Assembly: GCA_965279515.1 (NCBI GenBank)
Contig: CBDIID010000003.1
Coordinates: forward strand, 1,280,001-1,344,000
Length of the DNA stretch: 64,000 bases
Direction of reading: 5' to 3'
DNA from: Turneriella sp.
GTDB taxonomy: Bacteria > Spirochaetota > Leptospiria > Turneriellales > Turneriellaceae
Each line of letters opens with the position of its first letter. Position 1 is the first letter of the stretch. Below, in pieces: positions 10,100 to 18,306 of this stretch. The notes under the pieces were generated by a model, which did no database searches, was not told the origin of the DNA, and saw nothing but the letters and a program-made list of their open reading frames with translations. The translations under genes were made by a program, and so were the position numbers.

Positions 10100-10783
10100 T
10101 TACTTCGGAATCATAATGCGGTTCGACTCACGCACCTTCTCCGCCATCTCTTTCAGACGCTTGTCATTCGTCGCCATAATCTTCTGGTAGCGGGTTTCGA
10201 AGCCAGGCCGCAGGGGACTTTGAAGCATGGTATCGAAGACGTCGATGATGATTTCAATTTCAATATCTTCTATCCGGTTTTTCTGTGCCTCGACGAGGGT
10301 CTTGCGCGCTATCGGCAGTTGGGTCTCGCGCGGCCGCAGCTGCAGGCACGCCATCTGAAAAAAGAAATTCAGGTCGCCGTAGGTGCGCAGCCCTGCGAGC
10401 ACATACTTTGCATACTCCTTGTCGTTTTGTTCCCTCTGCGCGAGGTCGGCGAGGAGCATCAGTGTAAACTGGTGTTCTTTGTTGATATTATAGCTCTCGA
10501 CAAGTTCTTTCTTTGCCTCTTTGTTGAAGCCCACGATCTGGTAATACATCGCTGCTGAGGCGAGTAAAATCTGGTGTTTTTTGAATCTCTTCTTAATACC
10601 CGGATATTTGCCGAGCGCCGTCATGTAATCCTGTTGTCCGCCGAGTTGCAGGTATTCATGGAATTCTTTATCGGCCCAGAGGGTTGTATCACGCTCCATT
10701 TCGCGCAGGATGTAGTTGTCCTGGCTGAAGAGCGGGCTTGCAAGGAATAGGAAAGCCACTACCGGGAAAACTGCCTTACCCAT
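10100..10783 (-). CDS. Exported hypothetical protein (helical)
   Basis: ORF with signal-peptide-like MGKAVFPVVAFLFLASPLFS; start uncertain (ORF extends to 10825). Confidence 0.55.
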   Translation of the reverse strand: MGKAVFPVVAFLFLASPLFSQDNYILREMERDTTLWADKEFHEYLQLGGQQDYMTALGKYPGIKKRFKKHQILLASAAMYYQIVGFNKEAKKELVESYNINKEHQFTLMLLADLAQREQNDKEYAKYVLAGLRTYGDLNFFFQMACLQLRPRETQLPIARKTLVEAQKNRIEDIEIEIIIDVFDTMLQSPLRPGFETRYQKIMATNDKRLKEMAEKVRESNRIMIPK

Positions 10784-11000
10784 TTTAATATCCACTTCAG
10801 ATTTAAGGCTTTGTCGTTTATTCAAATTGTAAAACCAATTCTATGTTGCGATAGACCCGCTGGAGAGCAAGGCACGCGCCGGCTGCAGGCGTATGCGAAA
10901 GACCACGGCGGCCTGGCCGGCGTTTTGACTTTGCTGCGAACCGGCCAGACGATTCCAGAGGGGTTCTAACCGCCTGCGGTCTGCCTCTGTCGTGGCGCAA

Positions 11001-11333
11001 TCAAGGCTTGTTGAAAAGAAGTCTCTTCAGAATGATTCCTTCCAGGTCCCTGCGGCCATCAAAAATGGCGAGGATATATACTTTCTGCTGTTCCACTCTG
11101 TAGATGATTCTCCACGGATTCTCAAATATTTCCCGGAAGAGCGAAATATTTAAGCTTTCTAATTCAGGTACTGGCCGACCCATGCCGGAAAAGGTGGCCA
11201 AAGAATTAACTTTGACCATTATCTTTTCATAAATTTTGGCGACGTTCTCTGGATTGCCTTGCGCGATATATTCCAGTATGCCATCTAAATCCATGTAAGC
11301 GTACTCTGCCCAAATGACCTCGTTGTTGGCCAT
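11001..11333 (-). CDS. RelE/ParE-family type II toxin
   Basis: VIWAEYAYMDLDGILEYIA..GRPVPEL..REIFENPWRIIYRVE..ILAIFDGRRDL; immediately downstream of the Phd antitoxin. Confidence 0.88.
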   Translation of the reverse strand: MANNEVIWAEYAYMDLDGILEYIAQGNPENVAKIYEKIMVKVNSLATFSGMGRPVPELESLNISLFREIFENPWRIIYRVEQQKVYILAIFDGRRDLEGIILKRLLFNKP

Positions 11334-11341
11334 GGAACCGG

Positions 11342-11617
11342 TTATTTCAGGCCGTATTTTTTCTTCAATCGGCTTTCGACGGCAGATTGTGAAAGCGTTT
11401 TGCCGTCCCGTATATTCTGTTCACTCATGGAAAGCAGTTTCAGAATATTGATCGCGTTCTTCATTTCCTCAAAGGTACCGGGATCCAGGACCACAGCTTT
11501 GGCTTCCCCATTCTGTGTTACGTAGAATGGGCGGTGCGTCTTATTTATTTGATTGAGGACCTCGGCAGCATGTGCCTTGAAGTAGGATATCGGCTTAATA
11601 TCTTCCTGCGCTTTCAT
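11342..11617 (-). CDS. Phd/YefM-family antitoxin
   Basis: EDIKPISYFKAHAAEVLNQINKTHRPFYVTQNGEAKAVVLD; start taken at MKAQ. Confidence 0.88.
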   Translation of the reverse strand: MKAQEDIKPISYFKAHAAEVLNQINKTHRPFYVTQNGEAKAVVLDPGTFEEMKNAINILKLLSMSEQNIRDGKTLSQSAVESRLKKKYGLK

Positions 11618-11751
11618 GACCATATGACGTATTGAATTCAGTCCTGGCGTCAAGTGGATTCGATCATGGTCGGTTTCGGGAAAAAAGAAACCGTGATGCC
11701 ACAGCGCGTTGTGTTGCGGCAGCTGAGGGCGAAGGCGGTGATCGCCAATAC

Positions 11752-11907
11752 TTAGCTTTGGTTCGTCAGAATATCCTGAATCGCCCACCGATCGCCCAGA
11801 AAGAACAGCACAAAGGAAAATAAACCCAACACGGATTTAATCAAAAACCGCAAAATCGCGACGAGGATATTCAACCGCCTGCCCTCCAGAGTCACAACCC
11901 GAAAGCC
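11752..11907 (-). pseudogene. RDD-family membrane protein C-terminal fragment (copy 1)
   Basis: Minus-strand translation GFRVVTLEGRRLNILVAILRFLIKSVLGLFSFVLFFLGDRWAIQDILT, with no start and a decayed end. Confidence 0.65.
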
Positions 11908-12037
11908 TCGCCGCTTTGCCCGCGCCAGCTTCGCCGCAAGCCAAATGTGCCACAGCGCCGCCCCGGCCGGGCAAAACCCAGATCCTGCTCGGCCGGACGC
12001 GGGATACCGCTGTATGTTTCTTGAAGTTCCCGATGTC

Positions 12038-12301
12038 CTAGGCTCGCCGATAGCGTTCCACGTATCTATCCACTAAGCTGTTTATCATCTTTTGGTATGG
12101 CACCCCGTATTTTCGACTCCGGAGCTTAAAGAATTCCACACTATCCTTGCTGAGATTCATAGTAACTTTTACTGTTTTCTTCTTGAAAACCAAGTCTTCA
12201 GGCTTAGGTAAGAAATCTTCAACGATCTCCGACGCATTGATTGCATCCGCGATATCCTTTGGAGCGCTCTTATATTTAGCTTTTCCTGTTGTATTTCTCA
12301 T
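12038..12301 (-). CDS. BrnA/CopG-like ribbon-helix-helix antitoxin
   Basis: VEDFLPKPEDL..TVKVTMNLSKDSVEFFK..GVPYQKMINSLVDRY; overlaps the end of brnT. Confidence 0.85.
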   Translation of the reverse strand: MRNTTGKAKYKSAPKDIADAINASEIVEDFLPKPEDLVFKKKTVKVTMNLSKDSVEFFKLRSRKYGVPYQKMINSLVDRYVERYRRA

Positions 12302-12476
12302 TGCCTTCCCTCCAGTATCCTGCACCAAATATTCTGATTTTCCCGCCTCTAAATATAAATCTCACTGTGACAACCTTACCCGACATTTTTCCGTAGCAAA
12401 AGTACCGTTTCTCAGCCTTCGTACTGTGCTTATCGGCGTTGGATTCACTCTTCGCATCATCCCATTCGAACTCCAT
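12276..12476 (-). pseudogene. BrnT-family toxin with apparent internal deletion
   Basis: MEFEWDDAKSESNADKH runs straight into STKAEKRYFCYG..VTVRF..IRIFGAGYWR; only 66 aa; lacks the usual GxxFxxAxxxF-D segment. Confidence 0.7.
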
Positions 12477-12489
12477 ATCCGGATATGGA
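12472..12489. promoter_or_regulatory. Perfect 18-bp palindrome over the brnT start codon (candidate operator)
   Basis: tccatatcc-ggatatgga. Confidence 0.55.
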
Positions 12490-12732
12490 TAAATATATGT
12501 ATCATGCGGATGCGCGTCAATTAAAAATCATAGCCGGGATTGCCTTGGGGATTTCCCCCAACGCGCCGGCTTCGCCGCAAGCCAGACTGTGTCTGCAGCG
12601 AGCGCCGCGCGTAAATATTTTCAGTCGTTGTAGTGGCCTGGCTCAGTTAATGCCACCGAGGTAGACGGGTACAGACAGCCCTTGGGCCATAGCCATGAAT
12701 ACCGGAATAGGTTGCTTCGGATATAATGGGTG

Positions 12733-13224
12733 TTAGAATAGGTAGCCGATAGTTAAACCGCCGAAGGGCACGAAGCCATTCACACAACTGGGATCATTGG
12801 TTCCGAGAGTGCCGCAGGGAAACATCAGCGGCGTAAAAGCGATCTGTAAAAAAATACTCTCACCGAGTATCCATCGGTAGCCAAGATTTGCCGCGAAAAA
12901 GGCTTTTGCCTTCCAGCCCTGCAATGTAGATTCAAAATAGGGAACTACGCCAATGCCTGTAATAAGCTGATGCGTGGTATTGCCGAAACGCAGATTGTAG
13001 AGAATCGGGAAACCCAGGGCCGAGTGTAGAAAGAAACCTACGCGAAGAAAGGAATATCTATTGAATGAATTCTCATAATTGACGGAGTAGAAGATGCCGG
13101 GCCCTAAGCCTTCGAGGGTTAGCGCATTTCGGCTCATCGAAGAGTCAGTACTATCGGATATTAACGGCGAGGCGAGACCGAATATGACTATCACCATAAG
13201 TGCTAACCTGTGTAAGCGCTTCAT
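12733..13224 (-). CDS. Exported small beta-barrel-like protein
   Basis: Signal peptide; amphipathic strands (NLGYRW); C-terminal GGLTIGYLF. Confidence 0.6.
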   Translation of the reverse strand: MKRLHRLALMVIVIFGLASPLISDSTDSSMSRNALTLEGLGPGIFYSVNYENSFNRYSFLRVGFFLHSALGFPILYNLRFGNTTHQLITGIGVVPYFESTLQGWKAKAFFAANLGYRWILGESIFLQIAFTPLMFPCGTLGTNDPSCVNGFVPFGGLTIGYLF

Positions 13225-13297
13225 AGGATTCCGTAGTCTTGTTTTTGCATGGCGACCAGCGTGGAATTTACCTAATATTCGCCCTATCGGGAGTCGC

Positions 13298-13385
13298 TCA
13301 CCGATAAACAACCTTCGTTCGCGTCAGTATATCCTGAATCGCCCGCCGATCCCCCAGAAAGAACAGAACGATGAGTCCCGCTACA
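13298..13385 (-). pseudogene. RDD-family C-terminal fragment (copy 2)
   Basis: Translates VAGLIVLFFLGDRRAIQDILTRTKVVYR*; 13322-13366 matches 11764-11808 at 42/45 nt. Confidence 0.65.
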
Positions 13386-13438
13386 AACATGGCAGAACCG
13401 TAAAGTTTGTTGCCAATTTTTTTATCTTTCCCCCCCTC

Positions 13439-13981
13439 TCAAAACAGTATACCAATACCTAGTCCGCCGGCAATGGTTGTGGTATAGCCCTCGCCGAAAC
13501 TGCTGCCGTAATATCCAAAACCCAAATCGCCATGGAGACTGAAGCGCGAAGCGATGACCAGCTCGAAGCCCAGGGTTGCGCCGGCGTGAACGCTTTTTTC
13601 TTTATAACCATTCGAATAATCTTCCACCCAATAGCTAAGGGCCGGCGCGATGTAGGTGCGCACATAGGTATTCGCGCCTGTCACCATCTGGAAAACATTA
13701 AATTGCACATCGGTACCGAAGTTGTAAAATACACTGCTGTAGTATGCATTCTTCGAAGGAAACGCCATGCCTGCCACGCGCCAGTGCAATAGATCGCCGA
13801 AAGCATATTTGTAATTGAGACCCATGCCGGCGATGCTCGATGCCTGGACGCCGATGACGTGGGGGCGTGATTTGTAGGGATTAACGCCTTCGGTGGTTGT
13901 TTCTGCGGCGAAGCTTGTGCTCGCTGAGAGAAACAAGGTGAAGGCAAGTAGTCTGAGCAGATTGTTTTTTTGAATTTTCAT
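13439..13981 (-). CDS. Exported small beta-barrel-like protein
   Basis: Signal peptide ending STSFA; amphipathic strands; C-terminal GGLGIGILF. Confidence 0.62.
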   Translation of the reverse strand: MKIQKNNLLRLLAFTLFLSASTSFAAETTTEGVNPYKSRPHVIGVQASSIAGMGLNYKYAFGDLLHWRVAGMAFPSKNAYYSSVFYNFGTDVQFNVFQMVTGANTYVRTYIAPALSYWVEDYSNGYKEKSVHAGATLGFELVIASRFSLHGDLGFGYYGSSFGEGYTTTIAGGLGIGILF

Positions 13982-14081
13982 GGGTTGTCTCCAGTTAGTA
14001 AATTGTAGAAAGTAAGATTGATGGTTGAGCTGGGGCATGGGGTTGCAGCATAATCGGCGTCATAGCTATTCCTGCTTGGAT

Positions 14082-14660
14082 TCAAGGCAGGTAATAGGAA
14101 ACCACAATGCGAATCTCCGTGTAGCTTCTTAATACTTTGTGGTTGCCATTGATGACGTTCGGCAGGTTAGAATTAATCTCCGCCTGAATCGCGACAAGCC
14201 AGTTCTGTGAAATCTGGTATTTCAGTTCCGGCGTCAACCCAGCGAACTGATACCACGGCGAAGAATTCGAAGAAGCGCCGGAGGAAGCAGCGTAGCCGTG
14301 GCGATAATAGCCAAATGCAGACACATACCACCTGCCCGCAATCGGTAGAGTATAGCCGATGCCGATTTCCGGGGCGATGCGGTATAAATTGGGCATTTGC
14401 TGGCGCTGATCGAGATCCATTCCCAGCTGTAGGCCTGCCCGCCCGAAGATCCGGTCGAAGAAGTAATAGTTCATGGCGGGCAGCAGGTTCATGGAGAAGC
14501 TCTCGAAATTTGAAAGGGCCAGGTTAGAAAATCCTAAGGAAAGTTCGGTGCCAGCTTTTTTTGCGTAGGTAGGTTGAGCCTCTTCTGCTGACAGCAAGCC
14601 GTTGCTGAAGAGTAAGCTTGCTACCAGAAGCCACTTTGTGATTTTTTTATTTTTATTCAT
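14082..14660 (-). CDS. Exported outer-membrane beta-barrel-like protein
   Basis: Signal peptide; strands APEIGIGYT and TPELKYQI; C-terminal IVVSYYLP. Confidence 0.62.
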   Translation of the reverse strand: MNKNKKITKWLLVASLLFSNGLLSAEEAQPTYAKKAGTELSLGFSNLALSNFESFSMNLLPAMNYYFFDRIFGRAGLQLGMDLDQRQQMPNLYRIAPEIGIGYTLPIAGRWYVSAFGYYRHGYAASSGASSNSSPWYQFAGLTPELKYQISQNWLVAIQAEINSNLPNVINGNHKVLRSYTEIRIVVSYYLP

Positions 14661-14736
14661 TCTTTCCTCGTTTAATCATGTTTGGCAGTGAATTTACAAC
14701 ACTTACAATAACGCAGAGCTAATATTTTTTGATAAT

Positions 14737-15519
14737 CTATTCCTCAAGAATCACAGCCCTCTGGCTTTCCCAGACACCGTCCGCCGAACCCAGATAAATA
14801 TTCTTAGCATAATAAAAATACCACGGCTCTATCGCAAATTCGAAAACCTCAGCGAACTCCTTATCATTTAAGCCACTAAATTGCCCGCAAAATGGCACGA
14901 GTATATATAACGGCATAGATTTCGCCGCGAAACCATTTTTGAAAGCTAATAATTGCTGATCCCTAATTTCAGTGATGATCTTTTCATCTTCAGTATGTAT
15001 ACCCGGCTGAACGACTTTATTTAGAAACCTGTGTCTGGTTAAAATCCGGTTGCTTGAAAAGACCAACGGCGCATATTCTGCCAAACGCAGCCGCGCATAG
15101 AGTTGATTGCATTGAAGCAATCTGCTCTTCGATAGTTCTATTGCGAATGGATTCTGCTGGTAAAAACAGATATCAAAATACCTTTTCTGTCCCTCAATGA
15201 CCTTCTGATATAAATCCGATTCAAAGTACAAGCGCAATCTGGGCAGGTACTCCGCTGGGTATTCCGTTTGAAATCGCCGGACAATGCCATTGCGAATACC
15301 GTCTGCAGCATATCCCTTGGATAAGCCAGCCGCGATTTGCGTTGTTGATATGATGTTGTCGGTATAGTTGCTGTGTAAGCGAAGCTCAATTGCCGCGCTG
15401 CACCGGGCTAGTCGAATATACGGAAATTCTTCCAGGCCCATTTCGAATATTGGTACATCTGTTGCGGCTACGGCTGATGTGAAAATGCAAATTAGTATGA
15501 TTTTTTTAATTAGCGTCAT
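14737..15519 (-). CDS. Exported hypothetical protein
   Basis: 260-aa ORF with signal peptide; no family recognised. Confidence 0.55.
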   Translation of the reverse strand: MTLIKKIILICIFTSAVAATDVPIFEMGLEEFPYIRLARCSAAIELRLHSNYTDNIISTTQIAAGLSKGYAADGIRNGIVRRFQTEYPAEYLPRLRLYFESDLYQKVIEGQKRYFDICFYQQNPFAIELSKSRLLQCNQLYARLRLAEYAPLVFSSNRILTRHRFLNKVVQPGIHTEDEKIITEIRDQQLLAFKNGFAAKSMPLYILVPFCGQFSGLNDKEFAEVFEFAIEPWYFYYAKNIYLGSADGVWESQRAVILEE

Positions 15520-15829
15520 TGCTAATCCTTAAGTAAGCCAATGTGAATTTTGTCGAGTTGGGGCGTGGGTTGCGGCCACCGAGGCCGAGCACCAGGTCGA
15601 GGATACGCAAGAGTGCCGGGTTTTCGAGCTGGTTGCCCAGTGTTGCGGCAAGGAGGATGATGATGGGGATCATGAGGCCTAGGTAGAGAAGGATGTATAG
15701 GATGACTACGGTTAGAACTCGCATCGAAACTCCGTACGGCCGATTGTATTTTGCATGACATTCGCCTGACATTTGACCGTGATACCGGGTCCGTTGCGTA
15801 AATTCAAACGGGGCGCGTTGTGATTTCAT
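15506..15829 (-). pseudogene. Possible N-terminal remnant of an RDD-like membrane protein
   Basis: RPYGVSMRVLTVVILYILLYLGL followed by TM segments, then low-quality sequence; weak similarity only. Confidence 0.3.
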
Positions 15830-15907
15830 TGAATTCGAATTTGGGCTCGGCGGGGGTGATGTTGGTTTCCGCCTGCTCGGCTTGCTTGGCTCATCGGCTG
15901 ATTAGCC

Positions 15908-17428
15908 CTACCTTAAGTAGATATCAAAAATCGGTACATCAACGGCTAAATAAAGGCTGAAATAAACTTCGCGCGGGGCACCATTTTTCTGCAAATATTC
16001 GACACCAGCGGCTAAAGATACGGGTAAATTAGGTATGCCAAAAACGGCAAATGCTCCCGGAGCCACTGTATTTGCCCAAGTAATTGCCTCGGCCCTGTTT
16101 GCAGCATCCATCAAAGGATAACCCAGGTTAAAAGCTGATAGGAAAACCCCAATCGAACCACCCCAAATACTGCCCTTGGAGAACTCAAGCCCCACAGGCA
16201 TAGAGATACGAACATAGTTGCCACCAGATAAATATCCTAAACCAGCATAACCGTTCAGAAAAATCCCGAACGAGCCTTTTCGTTTCTGGCGATAACTGCC
16301 CACGGGAAGTGCCGCTTTTTCCAAAACCGCCTCAAATTCCTCAAAATTCTTGGCCATTGCGAAGTTAGCCAGTAAAATAAAACTAGTATATAAATCTGCG
16401 TCACCAGAATTTTCCTCATCCGGCATTCTTAACAAAGCCCAATCATACTGCACAATAGCCAGAATATCAGGTCTACGTCGCTTTAGTTCTTTATGAATCA
16501 GACGCACCAATTCTTCTGCTTCGTTTCGCTTTTGGCCGCACCATGTTACGCTCACACAATACTTTTCCATACTAACGGGGGAATCAACATGATTATCCGA
16601 CTCAAACAACAAGAATTTCTCTAATGCTTCGTGCACATGATCAACAAAGTTTTCAATCTTCAATGCGACCGCAAAATATTTTTCATTCTTAAGCTCCTGC
16701 GAACTAAGAGCAGCCTTTAGCAAACGGCCCTTAAGCTCCGCGAGCAAGGCATCAGTTTGCGCCTGCAAATCAGTCTCAAGCTGCTTTAAGTCACTCGAAT
16801 TGAGAATCTGAGGCAGCGTTCTTTTTTTGTTTCCAATTCGATTCTGCAATGTCGCTAAAAATAGATCAAATATTATTGTGTTTTCTTTCCCGCTCAGTAT
16901 CGATCGATCGTCCATATGGCTAAGATCCTGCAATAATGTTCTTACATCATACTTGGCGAGACCAATCTTCGAATTTTTGCAACTAGCTTCGCTCTGGTTT
17001 ATATAACAACCGATTGAAGTCAGCCTATCTTCAACTTGCTTTCTAAGCGATTCGCTTAATTTTGTCGGGATTGATTTTGTCTTACGGACGGGACATATAG
17101 CTTCAAGGCCCAGAAGCTCTTTCGACTGAGCTTTGTCCTTAAGAATTTTGCAATGCAGATCCTTGAAATCTGAAATAGCGGAAGCCCGAAGGCGATTTGT
17201 TAAGCCAAAGCGATTCACAACGTCCATCGCCAGCAAGGTCTCGTGAGCTTGCGGAAAATATTTCTCCATAGTACCATCACTTCGCAATCTATACAAAAAA
17301 GCGATCTTGATTTCTTCCTGGGCTCTCTTTTCAAGAAAACTCTGCAGTCCCGCAGCTGAATTACCAAAGGCTTGATTATTTAAAGAGAAAAAGAAGCACG
17401 CAATCCATAAAATCTGAAGGTATTTCAT
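15908..17428 (-). CDS. Large exported hypothetical protein with a helical body and a C-terminal beta-strand region
   Basis: Signal peptide MKYLQILWIACFFF; C-terminal LPVGSYRQKR..FLNGYAG..LAVDVPIF. Confidence 0.6.
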   Translation of the reverse strand: MKYLQILWIACFFFSLNNQAFGNSAAGLQSFLEKRAQEEIKIAFLYRLRSDGTMEKYFPQAHETLLAMDVVNRFGLTNRLRASAISDFKDLHCKILKDKAQSKELLGLEAICPVRKTKSIPTKLSESLRKQVEDRLTSIGCYINQSEASCKNSKIGLAKYDVRTLLQDLSHMDDRSILSGKENTIIFDLFLATLQNRIGNKKRTLPQILNSSDLKQLETDLQAQTDALLAELKGRLLKAALSSQELKNEKYFAVALKIENFVDHVHEALEKFLLFESDNHVDSPVSMEKYCVSVTWCGQKRNEAEELVRLIHKELKRRRPDILAIVQYDWALLRMPDEENSGDADLYTSFILLANFAMAKNFEEFEAVLEKAALPVGSYRQKRKGSFGIFLNGYAGLGYLSGGNYVRISMPVGLEFSKGSIWGGSIGVFLSAFNLGYPLMDAANRAEAITWANTVAPGAFAVFGIPNLPVSLAAGVEYLQKNGAPREVYFSLYLAVDVPIFDIYLR

Positions 17429-17745
17429 TTGACGCCAGTCTCCCATGATTTCTTGAAAGTTGTAACGCAAGCACTCACGGCAAGAATTCTCTGATTCTCA
17501 TTCAAATTTTCAATTTTCAGTACGTTTGCAACACAACGATTATCTATCACAAAGAACCCTCGAAGGTGTATTCCATTAGTCGCCGAAGAAAAGCCAGAAA
17601 CTGAAAATCCCAAATCTATAGGTAAAGGCATTAACTTTGACTCCTTATTCGCCTGAATCACATTGAGGGCTATCATACAAAGCACAACCAATGCTCCAGC
17701 TTTCATTAACGTATCGACCCAGAATTCCCATCCGTTTTTTTGCAT
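17425..17745 (-). CDS. Small membrane-anchored hypothetical protein
   Basis: One TM segment; its stop overlaps the next start (translational coupling). Confidence 0.4.
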   Translation of the reverse strand: MQKNGWEFWVDTLMKAGALVVLCMIALNVIQANKESKLMPLPIDLGFSVSGFSSATNGIHLRGFFVIDNRCVANVLKIENLNENQRILAVSACVTTFKKSWETGVK

Positions 17746-17851
17746 GTCAAAAATTGACAACCTACACCGAGGGTACACATGCGCTCAAGCATTTTTATTT
17801 AACCTCGTCCCTTGCCACAATCGCCGCTAACCAGCATTGAGTATGATTGGA

Positions 17852-18085
17852 TTACGAGGGCAAACCTAATCTTAACTTCATGTTGACGGGCATGCAAGTG
17901 CAATACTCATGGGGCATTGTACTGGTTCCTTTCGCAGGTTTAGGCCGGTACACGTGGTGATTTGGTAGATTGGGGTTTTGGGCCTTTCGGCGTGGATTGG
18001 GGCTTTTGTCGAGCTGGCTTATGGGGTTGCGGCAGCTGAGAGCCCAGACTTTGAAGATGAGCAAGGCTTTATGCACGAATCCCAT
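17852..18085 (-). pseudogene. Decayed SH3-domain lipoprotein remnant
   Basis: Lipobox-like WALSC in one frame and IYQITTCTGLNLRKEP (bacterial SH3-type) in another; requires frameshifts. Confidence 0.35.
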
Positions 18086-18306
18086 TATCAGGCGCCGGAG
18101 TAACTGGCCCCTATGCACCAAGCGCACCTGCCGATGAGCGCAAAATGCTCATTTCTGCGGCGGCCGAAAAAAAGGGACCGATGTCGTAATGTATTAATTT
18201 ATCACCTACTAGATCGCATTTTGCGCCTATTGATTGACGGGATCAGCAACCTGCAACGGGTAGCAACTTTTGGTTGATTTATAGATCGGCAAAGGGAGCG
18301 GTTATC

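Larger units (their letters stand above)
11921..12584. repeat. Dispersed 23-bp repeat cgcgccRgcttcgccgcaagcca (11921-11943 and 12562-12584) flanking the BrnTA pair
   Basis: 22/23 identical; internal gctt/aagc hairpin; partial third copy acgcgccggct at 10874-10884. Confidence 0.75.

Noticed and set aside
11618..11788. N-terminal extension of the Phd antitoxin ORF
   Set aside because: It runs into the RDD remnant; the Phd domain starts at MKAQ/MVMKAQ.
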